IMG/VR virus record: IMGVR_UViG_3300017613_003292
Span: 33,021-97,020 of that record
Reading direction: 5' to 3' (one strand)
Length of the DNA: 64,000 nucleotides
From: a virus
Taxonomy: Duplodnaviria > Heunggongvirae > Uroviricota > Caudoviricetes
Shown: in pieces, positions 1 to 10,293 of the stretch
How the letters are laid out: each line of letters starts with the position of its first letter
How positions within the stretch are numbered: the first letter of the stretch is position 1
Notes under the pieces: generated by a model
Databases searched by the model: none
The model's input: the letters and a program-made list of their open reading frames with translations, nothing else
Told to the model about the DNA's origin: nothing
Program-made: the position numbers and the translations under genes

Positions 1-3000
1 TGGAGTCCGTGTGAAGCTATGACTGTTCCATGGCAAACATTACCACTCCTGTCATAGACATTCAAATCGCCTGCGTATTCATCCATAGGCCAATATGCCA
101 CGAGATTTTCATCTGATGGCAGTTTGGGTACTGTCCCGACAGAAAGCGTACCCGCTATATTCAGTTCTGCACCATCCCATTTTATATAATTGGAATCATC
201 TCCAACGTTAATGACATAGTCGGATTCAGTATCATCATAGCCGACAAAGAACCCCTTGGTGTTGCTGGCATAAGTGGACTTGCCATAACTGTGGATATCT
301 CCGCCGGAAGACATTTCTATATAGCCACTGGTAATTCTTGTGCCTGTTTCGAGACGGCGCTTTGTGTCGTCTGCACCTGGAGATACTCCTGATGGATTAA
401 GATATAATGCCTTTATTTCTTCAAGTGTCAGACATCTTGTATAAACCCGACACTGCGCTACCTGGACCTCTGAGTATCTATTCGCTACTCCACCGCCAAT
501 TCGTACTGGTGCGTCGGCTATTTCATTATCATACCCGTCGTTATTTGAGATTGCAGAGTCTGTATCCTTAAGCACACTATTTACGTACAACCTGGATTGG
601 CTGTTACTGAACATACCGACTATATGGTACCATGTATTTGAAGTTGGGAATGCCCATATCGCTATGCTTGTACTGGCAGCAGCTGTGCTGGATTGCGATG
701 CCATATAAAAACGATTATTTTTAGTTTTATAATCTATACCCAGACCATTCTGATAAGTGTCGTGTTTTGTTAAAATGTGATGGTAATATGTTGAATGAGA
801 TACGGTTGATGTTGGGTTGACCCAGCAAGAAAATGTTTTTATGCCATCGAGAGATGAATTTGTTCCTGTATAGACGTACTCACCAGTCCTATGGAAATCA
901 GGACATGTTCCAGCAATCCCTTGTGTCCAGTCGGCAGATGTATCGAGACCAATTCCTGTACCATGATTTTCATAGTGACTATAATCTAAAATTTTACTTG
1001 AGCCTTGTATTCCATCATTTAATGGCCAGTGGCCTACCAAGTCTTCATCTGTTGGAAGATTTGGAACGCTGTCTACTGTAAGCGTTCCTCTGAAATTTAA
1101 TTCACCATCAGAATGGTCATAACTAATACCCGGGTTCCCATTAGAATAATCACCTGCGTAAAAATCTCCAGCGTTATCACCATTAACTGTCATTCTGGCT
1201 GTGAGTGTGCCGTTTGACGTCCACCCCTGGATGCCATAATTATTGATAGCCAGTCCGCCGTCTGTAGGCGGATCAGCTGAAGTTTTTATAACACTGGCTG
1301 AATAGACATGATAATCATACAGATCAATTACTCCGGATGCGAATCTTGGAGCCGTGCCATCTGTAAATAATCTCAGTGTCTCGCCAAGGATGGCATCATA
1401 TCCAATCAAACCGTCTGGTCTGATTTTTACATAATTTGATCCTGCAATAACACTGACTTCTGTCTCTCCGGTGTCTAATTTTATGGTGCCTGTACTATTT
1501 GAAGTCTCAAGTGTGTCTGCTGTAATGGACCAGCCGCCTATTGCCCCGGCTGTCGCTGTGATTGTACCGGCAATAGTTGCTGTCGTGGCGAATAACCTGC
1601 CATTTTCATCTACCCTGAATGGCGCGGAAGCACGGGTTGTATTGCCTGCCCAGAATCGCCAGTCAAGCCCTCCTGATATTTCAGAATTTATTCCAACTTT
1701 ACCACTCTCTACCTGCAATATGTTTTCAGTTATCGACCAGCCGCTGATGTGAGCACCGCTTGTGTCTATTTTAAATATTTCAGTACCAGCCGCGTCATTG
1801 CCTTTTATGCCATATTCTCCAGATGCCACCTGCCCCATTATAACCCGCTCAGTCCCGTCCTCCAGGACTGAAATAGTCGGGTCTGATGGATCTATTATAA
1901 TGGTATTCGTGCTGGTTTCAGTGTCTTGAATTCGTAGACGACCGTAAAGTTTGTTTGGCATAACATTACTGCCGCTGACTTGGTCCGGACCAGCAAACAC
2001 AGGCTGCCATGTAGCTGTTGATTCAGTTAGGGCATCGATGCTTGTTGACGCAGGCACTGAATCCCCCCAGTTTTCAAGGGCAGTTTTCATGGCGGAGACT
2101 GTAAATTGAGGCACGCCCGTGTTGGGGAATTTAATGCTGTCAATCACGACAGTTTTCGCCCCCCCATATTCAGACCCGGACAGGGTAATCACATCATCCA
2201 CTTCGAGGTAAAGATTCTCTAATGTGGTATTGAATGAATACCGTTTGTCCATCCAATACTTTCGTTGCAGCCATAATTCAGCAGCTCGTCTGACATATAT
2301 GGAATTTTGTACATAGGGGTTGGCCAGTGTGTCGTCTGTCAGATATTCATAACTGGCACCGCCATCTGCGATTACAATAGTTTTCGCCAATTCATCCTGT
2401 GGCTGACCTGGCTTTTTAAATGCCGTATAACCTGCATCTGAATCTTCAACCGTTGATCCGGACAAATGCTTGAATGTGGTTGGTCCACCATCAGCAGATC
2501 GCAGAATGTCATTGTCTGTGAATGTCGCTCTATTCGTTCGATCAAATTTGTCCAGACATATCTGGCCACTGCGTTGTTTCAACGTTGAATTACAACAGTT
2601 GAGCAGTCGAGTCAGGACATCTTCACGTTCTTCCGGCATATAGAAGCCGTAATTGTATTCAATGCCCCAAGTACTGTATGTAGCCGCCATGACATCAAAT
2701 GACGTGCCGCTCATAAGACTGGCAGACGCGCCAATATCTGAGAGGAAAGAATTAACTACGCTGGCGGGACTTGTCATGCCAACCGTGTCTGCACGGCTGA
2801 ATTTAACGATATAATTTTCCATCAGACTGCTTGGTTCGCCGTAAGGACCGCCGCAGTAAGAATCCTCGGCAACGTAAGCCTGGAATACTCGATATTCAGT
2901 ACCATCGACGATAAAATTTTCCTGCGGTGCGTAGTCTGTCGCTGTCAGAGTATCACTGACGTCCGGCCAGATAGATAGCGGTGCATCCCGTGGCGTCCTG

Positions 3001-3644
3001 AATTCACTGATCAAATAAGTCGTGTCGGTTAGCCCCAGGCAGTGATACCATTGACCGTATGGACATGTCGATGTCGTAGTTGGATCATATATAATACCGA
3101 TAGGAATATATGCCGTACCAAATACCTTCGGTATGCATACATTGTCATAATCAGAATAATTCTCAGCAGGAATGATGGCTGCCACTTGCTTCGTGTTTGG
3201 CCACACACCATCAAGAAGGCTGGTTAGATAGTCCTTACAATTCAGGTATAATTTTTGTTCAACATCGTCTACTTTATCGATTACATAAATCCATTCTCGA
3301 AATACAGCCGTTTCAAAAATATCGTTAACAGTAGCAGATAAGAGTAATTTTACATTGACTGTATTGAACACATCGCCTGATTTAAAATCATCTTCATCCA
3401 GAGTCTTGCCGGGGTTGACGATAGGGATTTTTATATCACTGGGGGCTATGTGCCCTATGTCACCCCGGTTAGCAGTCTCAGTAATTCCGCCCCATTCATT
3501 ACTTACGACTGTTGCTGTATAAGTGTTGCTGTTATATATGAATTCTTTTGTAGACCATTTATAACTGCCCACTTCAAACAACCAGGTGCGTTCCTGTTGT
3601 GTGGCAGATGCAATATTTGTCTGGGTTGATGAGAATGTAAGCAT
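1..3644 (-). CDS. Tail fiber / receptor-binding protein, >1214 aa, C-terminus beyond window start; ConA-like LamG domain(s) and internal GGWSIT repeats
   Basis: ATG at 3644-3642, 10 nt downstream of the previous gene's TAG. I hand-translated the minus strand and it stays in the same frame down to position 1 (ending ...VYDRSGNVCHGTVIASHGL). No stop is reported, which explains its absence from the ORF track (open-ended). LamG-like motifs: LVGHWPLNDG, LVAYWPMDE, W-x-N-P, FSNSQSRLYVNSV. The translation was done by hand and is approximate. Confidence 0.6.
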   Translation of the reverse strand, partial: MLTFSSTQTNIASATQQERTWLFEVGSYKWSTKEFIYNSNTYTATVVSNEWGGITETANRGDIGHIAPSDIKIPIVNPGKTLDEDDFKSGDVFNTVNVKLLLSATVNDIFETAVFREWIYVIDKVDDVEQKLYLNCKDYLTSLLDGVWPNTKQVAAIIPAENYSDYDNVCIPKVFGTAYIPIGIIYDPTTTSTCPYGQWYHCLGLTDTTYLISEFRTPRDAPLSIWPDVSDTLTATDYAPQENFIVDGTEYRVFQAYVAEDSYCGGPYGEPSSLMENYIVKFSRADTVGMTSPASVVNSFLSDIGASASLMSGTSFDVMAATYSTWGIEYNYGFYMPEEREDVLTRLLNCCNSTLKQRSGQICLDKFDRTNRATFTDNDILRSADGGPTTFKHLSGSTVEDSDAGYTAFKKPGQPQDELAKTIVIADGGASYEYLTDDTLANPYVQNSIYVRRAAELWLQRKYWMDKRYSFNTTLENLYLEVDDVITLSGSEYGGAKTVVIDSIKFPNTGVPQFTVSAMKTALENWGDSVPASTSIDALTESTATWQPVFAGPDQVSGSNVMPNKLYGRLRIQDTETSTNTIIIDPSDPTISVLEDGTERVIMGQVASGEYGIKGNDAAGTEIFKIDTSGAHISGWSITENILQVESGKVGINSEISGGLDWRFWAGNTTRASAPFRVDENGRLFATTATIAGTITATAGAIGGWSITADTLETSNSTGTIKLDTGETEVSVIAGSNYVKIRPDGLIGYDAILGETLRLFTDGTAPRFASGVIDLYDYHVYSASVIKTSADPPTDGGLAINNYGIQGWTSNGTLTARMTVNGDNAGDFYAGDYSNGNPGISYDHSDGELNFRGTLTVDSVPNLPTDEDLVGHWPLNDGIQGSSKILDYSHYENHGTGIGLDTSADWTQGIAGTCPDFHRTGEYVYTGTNSSLDGIKTFSCWVNPTSTVSHSTYYHHILTKHDTYQNGLGIDYKTKNNRFYMASQSSTAAASTSIAIWAFPTSNTWYHIVGMFSNSQSRLYVNSVLKDTDSAISNNDGYDNEIADAPVRIGGGVANRYSEVQVAQCRVYTRCLTLEEIKALYLNPSGVSPGADDTKRRLETGTRITSGYIEMSSGGDIHSYGKSTYASNTKGFFVGYDDTESDYVINVGDDSNYIKWDGAELNIAGTLSVGTVPKLPSDENLVAYWPMDEYAGDLNVYDRSGNVCHGTVIASHGL

Positions 3645-3653
3645 ATCAGACCC

Positions 3654-5336
3654 CTAATCTGTTGTTTCCCATGGATTTGTCATACTGTCAAAATATATTC
3701 CGATAACCACAAATGTAGCTGTAATATTGTAAAGCCGATCGTATTTCTGTGTACCTCTGGGCCTGTCGAAAAATCTGACGACGTAAATATAATTATCGTT
3801 TGGATGTTCCCAGAGGAAAGTCTTGGTTGTTCCCGCCCCTTTATTCTTGGAATGGTAAAAATCCATGACTGTGTTATAATCTGTCGCTGTCAAATCTGTC
3901 CATTTTATACCAAGCCTGAATTGATAATGCTGTCCCATATCAATTCGTTCTTCGGAAGAATCATCAAGTGTCTGAACAAGTTGGGTTCGAATTGGTGTAT
4001 ATGAAATGTTGCCATCACATGATGTAGACAGCATAAACGCGCTGTCAGGCGCAACCCAATGGACAAAATCTCCAGGCGCACCTGTATATTCATGTCGGAA
4101 TATCTGTGCTTCTCCAATACCTGCGCCAATAAGGATGCCTGGGCTGATTTCAAACAATACTTCCCAATACATAGATGCCTGGCCCATTTTTGCATAGTCC
4201 AGACCTTCAATGATATTCACACTGTTTTTTTCTTTCCAGCTGACACCGCCGTCAAATGATTCAAGAATATAAGCATTGTCTCTAGTCTGGTCGTATACGG
4301 ATGCGAGGATGTGCGATTCAGATATTTTGCAAAAACGTCTGAACTGACTTGGGGTTCCTCTGTCGATAGCAGTGTCTTGCAGTGACGCAATTTGTGTCCA
4401 GTTAAGACCAGAGTCTACACTACGCCAAATTTCACAGGCTCCAATTGTCCCGCATAATACTACCCCGTCCGTCTGTCCTTCTTTGATGACACAGAATCTA
4501 TTCGCGTGTTGTTCACCAGCGATGTCGTAAGCCTGTGAAAATGTTGCGCCGCTATTGGTGCTCCTCCAGATTTCTGCCCCACCGCCCGTACCCGCAAGCA
4601 CCACCCCGTCTGTCCCGTGCTGGTATACGGTTTCAAGATGCCTTATTGCGGTCTCTCCTGGAACGCTTCCTGTCTGGCATTGATACCAATTCTCACCACA
4701 ATCTTCGCTTCGATACATTTCTGAAACATCGACGGTCCCGGCCATTAAGATTGAATCTGACCCGCTGGCATTAACGCATGTAATTGTGTAGACTGTATCA
4801 ATAATGGTTTGAACGGCTGTTCCGGTTACATTGCATGTGCCGCCACTGCCTGCCGCAGATATGGCGTCATTGTTTGCTAAAGATCCTGCCACGACATTGA
4901 TGGTCATAGTTCCTGTTGGATCACCGTTTGTACATGCCATGACAGATCCAGTACTTGATCCGCTGTCCCAGGTTACGACTTCTCCAGGCACAAAACTTGA
5001 TCCCCCAAAACCATCATATGAAATTTCATAATTCCTGGCCAGCCTGATTACTTCGGTCCAGCTGTCACCCCTGTCCGAAGTCTTAAAGATACTACCAAGT
5101 ATATGCATCCCGAGAAGACCTGTATTACTGTCTACTACGCAGAATGAGTATGTGTTCCTGAAATCTGAATCGCGGTCTTTAAGGTTTTCAATTTTTGTCC
5201 ATGTCAGGCCGTTATCCGTACTTTTCCATATGCCGCCGTCGTTTCCGCCCAACATTACGGCTGTCCCATCGATAAATTTGTCGCCCGCCATTATACTCAG
5301 GTCCCCTATGTCCTGTTTCATTTCCCAGTTACTCAT
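3654..5336 (-). CDS. BNR/Asp-box repeat beta-propeller protein, putative tail fiber / receptor-binding or glycosidase-like
   Basis: At least six S-x-D-x-G-x-(T/S)-W BNR repeats (KSTDNGLTW, TSDRGDSW, RSEDCGENW, RSTNSGATF, RSVDSGLNW, SFDGGVSW). C-terminal ~50 aa are shared with the next gene. Confidence 0.6.
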   Translation of the reverse strand: MSNWEMKQDIGDLSIMAGDKFIDGTAVMLGGNDGGIWKSTDNGLTWTKIENLKDRDSDFRNTYSFCVVDSNTGLLGMHILGSIFKTSDRGDSWTEVIRLARNYEISYDGFGGSSFVPGEVVTWDSGSSTGSVMACTNGDPTGTMTINVVAGSLANNDAISAAGSGGTCNVTGTAVQTIIDTVYTITCVNASGSDSILMAGTVDVSEMYRSEDCGENWYQCQTGSVPGETAIRHLETVYQHGTDGVVLAGTGGGAEIWRSTNSGATFSQAYDIAGEQHANRFCVIKEGQTDGVVLCGTIGACEIWRSVDSGLNWTQIASLQDTAIDRGTPSQFRRFCKISESHILASVYDQTRDNAYILESFDGGVSWKEKNSVNIIEGLDYAKMGQASMYWEVLFEISPGILIGAGIGEAQIFRHEYTGAPGDFVHWVAPDSAFMLSTSCDGNISYTPIRTQLVQTLDDSSEERIDMGQHYQFRLGIKWTDLTATDYNTVMDFYHSKNKGAGTTKTFLWEHPNDNYIYVVRFFDRPRGTQKYDRLYNITATFVVIGIYFDSMTNPWETTD

Positions 5337-6786
5337 AAGCGATACCTATTAATTTTAGTGTCACATTTATATCCCAAAGATCTGGGGGCTTCTGGGTGTA
5401 TGTGGGGAGTTTGGTACACCTTGCCACATAAGTATATCCGTCTGTCGGATGCTGCCACTTGAAGGTCCGTGTGATACCATTGCCCCTGCTTCGTTCCAGC
5501 ATGTAATTCAAAACTGTTCCGCTGTTTGATGCCGATATGTTTGTCCATTTGACATCAGCAAAGAAAGAAGGAGCCTCATCCAGATCCAGACGTGTTTCAG
5601 TGGCATCTTCAAATGGGATTATTTCCTGATTCTGGCTGATGGTATAAACCATTGCGTCATGCGGCGACAGAGTGAGAGTCCCGGCAATGCAGTCAGATGT
5701 GTCTGCATTGAGATAATCGCCAGGCGCGCCTGTAAGTTTCCAGTGATAGATTGTCCCGGGGTTCCGTCTTGAAGCGACAATGGATGTACCAGTATCGTTT
5801 GCAAAATGTATTTCATTGAGGTAATTAAATGAATCAACATCGTCGTCGATTGTTCGCCAATCCATCCATTTTGCCCAGGTCTCACCTTGATCTCTACTGC
5901 GCCAGATTTCTGATAATAGATTTGTTGTGTCTACTGCAATGGCAAATACCATTTGATTGTCATAAGATGCGGGATCATATAGCGTTCCAAATTGAAAAAT
6001 ATAATCCAGGTTTGATGAATATTCTGAAATTTCAAATTTTTTCGTCCATGTCTCTCCTGAGTCTTCAGATTTCCATATCTGCGCTTCGTTGTATGTGCCC
6101 GCCAAAACGATACCGTCCGTTCTGCCTTCTTTTAAAACCGCAAAAGAATAGACAACACCTTCTCCAGATATATTTTCAACTTCTGTAAAAGACCCCCCAG
6201 ATGTGACGCTTCTGGCAATTGTTGCGTTGTTATTTGTGCCCGCCAGAAGGATACCATTGTTTGATGCTCCGGTTGTATCATCGCATACTTTCACTACGCG
6301 TCTGACATACGATGGAGTTCCGCTCCAGGTGGGAGTCACATCTGTCCAGGTCAATCCGCTGTCAGTTGACTGCCAAAGCTCTGCGTCACCGGCAGCCCCT
6401 CCCGTGCTGCAACATAATATGCCTCCCGTTGAACTTGCATAACAGCATGCGATGTCATGGATATCAGTCGCGGTTTGTGAACCATAACTGTTGGTTGAAA
6501 TCGATGCAAAGCTGTCCCCACCATCCGTACTGCGCCAAAGCAGATAATCCTCTGCACCGGTTCCGCCAGAACCTAAAATGATAACATCATCAGCTGTCTT
6601 CCCAATGCACATATATTTACCGACCGTATTGGTCCCGAATGACAGAGACCAGCTTGCGCCCTGATTGGAAGATTTCCATACCTCGCCTTCAGACCCACCG
6701 CATGCTGCAAGTATTTTTGAATCTGATATTGGAAGGAAGTCATATATGGCATATCCAATATTTTCTGATGCTCTTTTCCAAAGCAT
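5329..6786 (-). CDS. BNR/Asp-box repeat beta-propeller protein, paralog of 3654..5336
   Basis: BNR repeats KSSNQGASW, RSTDGGDSF, QSTDSGLTW, RSVTSGGSF, KSEDSGETW, RSRDQGETW. Similar C-terminal tail (TRTFKWQHPTDGYTYVAR vs TKTFLWEHPNDNYIYVVR). Its stop overlaps the next start by 8 nt. Confidence 0.6.
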   Translation of the reverse strand: MLWKRASENIGYAIYDFLPISDSKILAACGGSEGEVWKSSNQGASWSLSFGTNTVGKYMCIGKTADDVIILGSGGTGAEDYLLWRSTDGGDSFASISTNSYGSQTATDIHDIACCYASSTGGILCCSTGGAAGDAELWQSTDSGLTWTDVTPTWSGTPSYVRRVVKVCDDTTGASNNGILLAGTNNNATIARSVTSGGSFTEVENISGEGVVYSFAVLKEGRTDGIVLAGTYNEAQIWKSEDSGETWTKKFEISEYSSNLDYIFQFGTLYDPASYDNQMVFAIAVDTTNLLSEIWRSRDQGETWAKWMDWRTIDDDVDSFNYLNEIHFANDTGTSIVASRRNPGTIYHWKLTGAPGDYLNADTSDCIAGTLTLSPHDAMVYTISQNQEIIPFEDATETRLDLDEAPSFFADVKWTNISASNSGTVLNYMLERSRGNGITRTFKWQHPTDGYTYVARCTKLPTYTQKPPDLWDINVTLKLIGIAYE

Positions 6787-7157
6787 TATGATACCTTTTT
6801 TAAATCTTCCAGAAGGAACACAGCAGAATCGTTTAAATTCAATCCATTGCCGTATGTTACAGAATCATATGACGCTTCGACAACCAGGTGTCGTCTGACT
6901 GTATTGCGATTCCCGACTTTTGGCAACTCCGTTTCAGTTGTACTTATCTGGAGATCATCTCCAGACAGCACGACGTAGATTGTTGATGCCGGAGTCTCGC
7001 TTTGACTGCTCAGGCTGTTCATGATATTGTTGCTGTCATCTGTAAGCGACCATGATATGGACGCCGGAACGACTGCATTGCCGTCTTCATCCTGAAAATT
7101 CAACGTAACAATGTAGGTTGATTTTTCCTGTGCGATTTCAGTGAGTGTTGTCGGCAT
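6786..7157 (-). CDS. hypothetical protein (123 aa)
   Basis: ORF overlaps neighbouring genes at both ends in the operon-typical way; no recognisable motif. Confidence 0.45.
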   Translation of the reverse strand: MPTTLTEIAQEKSTYIVTLNFQDEDGNAVVPASISWSLTDDSNNIMNSLSSQSETPASTIYVVLSGDDLQISTTETELPKVGNRNTVRRHLVVEASYDSVTYGNGLNLNDSAVFLLEDLKKVS

Positions 7158-7362
7158 TGTTTATCTCCTTGTTTTTATAATACTTGAGCCTTTCATTCAT
7201 GCTTTTTGCCATGGACATCCCGACACGACACTTCATTTTGATGTCGTTGTCTTCGGTCAGCTGGTAGATATCTCGCAGAAACTGGCAGATGGTGTGGTGA
7301 CCGTGCCATCTGGTCTTTTCCATTTCCTTTAGTTCAACCGGCTGATGTCTTTTATACGGCAT
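7138..7362 (-). CDS. hypothetical small protein (74 aa)
   Basis: ORF only; CxxH...H motifs; placement fits the operon. Confidence 0.3.
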   Translation of the reverse strand: MPYKRHQPVELKEMEKTRWHGHHTICQFLRDIYQLTEDNDIKMKCRVGMSMAKSMNERLKYYKNKEINNADNTH

Positions 7363-7387
7363 GGTGGTCTTCCTTATCGTGGTAAAT

Positions 7388-9028
7388 TTATTTCAGTATA
7401 ATCTCTCTGAGCCAGTCCGTGACTCTGTCTTTTGTTCTCCCCCAGTATGGAATTTCTTCTGTCAATGTCCATGAATCTTTAATGCGATTTCGACACCGAT
7501 ACTGGTCAAGTTTGAAACGACCAGGCGTGAGTGTATTGCCGTGTTTTATATCCACAATTGGATGTTTTGACTTGTAATAGGCGTACTCATAATTGTCGAT
7601 ACCCCTTGGCCTTTTTTTCCCCGGCTCGAACCCCATTTTTCGTGTGAAACCTTCCTTTTCGATACGTTTTATTCTCGCTTCGTAATGATTAACCAGCAAT
7701 TCTCTGTATGCTACAAGCCCGGACACCTGTTTGATATCATTAAAATGAAGGGCGTCACCTGTCTTTGAATTCAAAAACCATGCGTTTGAATTATAATAAT
7801 AAACGTCCTTTCGTTCCGGAATAAAATCGAAATGGCTTGGATGGTAGATCACATCGTGTTCGCAGAGGAATACCACGTCAGCCGTAGACCTTTTGAGGCC
7901 TTCCAGAATCTGTTTGAACATACTGAGCACGGAAGATTCATACGGTACAACAAAGTTATTGCCGAATTCGATTGGAAATTGTGAAACCGATATAATCTCT
8001 GCACCGTTGACAGATCTTGCAATTTGATTCCTGGCTGCCATGAGGATGCGCTCCTCACATTTATTATCCGTGTAATATACGATGCCCTTTGTGACGTCTG
8101 ACTTAATTGGCACTACCTTCTTTTCCTGAACGTCCGGCCAGTCCGGGACCGGTGAGAACTTTTCAAGTAGCCATTGAAGGTCATGTTTCGCACCTTCCCA
8201 TGAATTTCCAATCCATAATTCCTTGGATCGTTTCTTGGCTTTTTTGGAGCTGTTCGGATAGGGAAACCCAAACCCATTGCCGGTACGAAACATATGGGCA
8301 AACCACGTCTTTTTATTGACGACCTGCCGACCACCAGATAGCCAGCTCTTGCAAGCGACCTCAACGCCAACTTGACCCCATGAGCCATGTTGTTCATCGA
8401 GTCCCCCAAGGTCCCAGTATCGCTCTTTGTGTAAAAAGAAGCAGGCTCCGATAGCACATAATTGGTCGGATACGTCCCCCTTCGATTCTGGTCTGTCCTT
8501 GTAGTCTCGCCAGTACTGAAATTTGAGGTTGGAGTCGAACCGCATGAAGTCGGATGTTGGATTCCGTTTTTCTTTCCATATGATGACCTTGTCAAAACCA
8601 TGGTTCTCCTTACACGATTTGCACTGTTTAGGTTCTGCTCCCTGGTAAACCTGGTGCCCGCATGCTCTGCACTTCCAATCGAAGGCATGTAGATTGTACA
8701 TTCTTGGTATGACAGTCCAGTCATATTCAATATTTTTCATGAGCTTGACGTCGAATCCTTCATCGAGAGCGCAGTGAGCGTCCAATTTCATGATAAATTT
8801 TGCATCGCTGAGTTTTGCGCCTTCATTTGTGGCAGCTCGTTGTCCGATAGAATCTTTGTGATATATTATTCTCACATCCGGATGAACCGGCACTCCCGGT
8901 TCAGGCCAATACCCGTCAAAAATAGCGATGACTTCAGTGTTTCCCCGTTTTTGTTTCAGGACATTTTGAACCGTCTGGTTCATAAATTCTTCGTTGCGTC
9001 CTGGTATGATAACCGACAAATCAACCAT
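7388..9028 (-). CDS. Two-domain glycosyltransferase (N-terminal GT-A/GT2-like plus a second GT-like domain)
   Basis: N-terminus LSVIIPGRNEE is typical of GT2, with a DAH (DxH) motif. The N-domain is paralogous to 10290..11198 (VIIPARNE, DAHCMF) and the C-domain is paralogous to 9021..9695. Confidence 0.65.
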   Translation of the reverse strand: MVDLSVIIPGRNEEFMNQTVQNVLKQKRGNTEVIAIFDGYWPEPGVPVHPDVRIIYHKDSIGQRAATNEGAKLSDAKFIMKLDAHCALDEGFDVKLMKNIEYDWTVIPRMYNLHAFDWKCRACGHQVYQGAEPKQCKSCKENHGFDKVIIWKEKRNPTSDFMRFDSNLKFQYWRDYKDRPESKGDVSDQLCAIGACFFLHKERYWDLGGLDEQHGSWGQVGVEVACKSWLSGGRQVVNKKTWFAHMFRTGNGFGFPYPNSSKKAKKRSKELWIGNSWEGAKHDLQWLLEKFSPVPDWPDVQEKKVVPIKSDVTKGIVYYTDNKCEERILMAARNQIARSVNGAEIISVSQFPIEFGNNFVVPYESSVLSMFKQILEGLKRSTADVVFLCEHDVIYHPSHFDFIPERKDVYYYNSNAWFLNSKTGDALHFNDIKQVSGLVAYRELLVNHYEARIKRIEKEGFTRKMGFEPGKKRPRGIDNYEYAYYKSKHPIVDIKHGNTLTPGRFKLDQYRCRNRIKDSWTLTEEIPYWGRTKDRVTDWLREIILK

Positions 9029-9695
9029 TGAAATACCCCCATAATGTTTTTGCAGAACCCCATGGTTCTATTGACTGTGCCCTCTGATCATTGTGACCTA
9101 CCCCCCGTCGACCCCCCACCCCCCCTTTATGATTGATAACAAGGGTTGGCAGATAACTTGAATAACGATCAAGCTTTACTCTTGGTAACCCCGACATCCT
9201 TTCCTTTCGCCCGGGTTCCCCCCATTTGTGCAGCTCACCATCGGCAGATTTTTTTGTCGGATACATCCGAAAGCGCTCTTCGAGTGTTTCGATCAATAGC
9301 TTTTTTGGTGCAATGCACATGCACATACCGCATCTTGGCCGATGGAAATAATAAGTTGGATTCACAAACCATTTGTTGACGTTGTATGCGAATACATCTG
9401 TTGGCGGCCTGAGCCTAAAATGATGAATATTGTAAAGACAGTCATCTTCGCAACAGGCTACGTATTCTGTCCTGGCAGACCTGGCGGCTTCAAGAATCTG
9501 CACATAGATATTATAGATACCGACACCGATATTCCCGAGGCATATATTCATGCCAAAATCGATTGGTTTTTGTGATACGCTGATGATAGGTATCCTGGAT
9601 TCTCTAACCACACCATACAAATGCCGCCTTATCCGGAAGGCCATTTTATTATTAATCTCGTTGGCAGTGTAATATAGTATGGTCAAATCATTCAT
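9021..9695 (-). CDS. putative glycosyltransferase-like protein (paralog of the C-terminal domain of 7388..9028)
   Basis: ISVSQKPIDFG...CCEDDCLY aligns with ISVSQFPIEFG...LCEHDVIY in the upstream gene. 8-nt start/stop overlap. Confidence 0.45.
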   Translation of the reverse strand: MNDLTILYYTANEINNKMAFRIRRHLYGVVRESRIPIISVSQKPIDFGMNICLGNIGVGIYNIYVQILEAARSARTEYVACCEDDCLYNIHHFRLRPPTDVFAYNVNKWFVNPTYYFHRPRCGMCMCIAPKKLLIETLEERFRMYPTKKSADGELHKWGEPGRKERMSGLPRVKLDRYSSYLPTLVINHKGGVGGRRGVGHNDQRAQSIEPWGSAKTLWGYFNG

Positions 9696-9696
9696 A

Positions 9697-10293
9697 TTAT
9701 TTTCTTACAAAAAACCACGACCGCACCTCCCTGTGGTTATGGGTAAGATATAAATCCGTGATATGATGACCCTGGCAATAGGCATTGACTGCAAGTATCA
9801 CACCTTGCCTGCACCTGTCTTCATAATCATGCCCCGCGATAATGCCCTGTGGCCTGACCTTTGGTGTCCATTTTACCAGATCCATCATAACATTGTCAAA
9901 ATCATGGAGACCGTCTATGTAAACGAAATCGAGTGTTTCATTATCGAGAAGATCGGCTGCGTCCTGGCTCGGCATTCGCATGTATTTGACATTGTAATCT
10001 TTTAATTTTTCTTGAGTTTCATGAAAAAACCCTTCATTAACCTCTTCTGTAATACGCCTGCCGTATTTCTTCCATGGATCGACGCATGTCAGTTCGATAT
10101 CCGGGATATTTTTACATAATATTTTAGAAAACACTCCCTGTTGCACACCAATTTCGGCCCCCCTTTTTAACCCCTGTTCTCCCATAAATTGAGCCAGAAA
10201 GGATCGATTGCTGCGCTTAAAACCTGTAAATGGTAATACGTCTCTGCTCTTAATTCTGAATGCGCCTCTGATTGCCGTGTCCATTTTACTCAT
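9697..10293 (-). CDS. Class I SAM-dependent methyltransferase (Methyltransf_24/CmcI-like, probable O-methyltransferase)
   Basis: GAEIGVQQG (motif I) and LDFVYIDGLHDFDNV...AGHDY. I placed the start at ATG 10293-10291, which gives an ATGA overlap with the stop of 10290..11198. The ORF track's start at 10368 is an alternative. Confidence 0.55.
   Translation of the reverse strand: MSKMDTAIRGAFRIKSRDVLPFTGFKRSNRSFLAQFMGEQGLKRGAEIGVQQGVFSKILCKNIPDIELTCVDPWKKYGRRITEEVNEGFFHETQEKLKDYNVKYMRMPSQDAADLLDNETLDFVYIDGLHDFDNVMMDLVKWTPKVRPQGIIAGHDYEDRCRQGVILAVNAYCQGHHITDLYLTHNHREVRSWFFVRK

Noticed and set aside
1-3650. Absence of any long ORF in the supplied track over the first 3.6 kb, which could suggest stop-codon recoding, an intron, or a pseudogene
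   Set aside because: Hand translation of the minus strand gives one continuous, protein-like frame from ATG 3644 to position 1, and the frame is the same at both ends. The ORF finder evidently only reports ORFs closed by a stop inside the window. Genes elsewhere in the window are normal standard-code ORFs.
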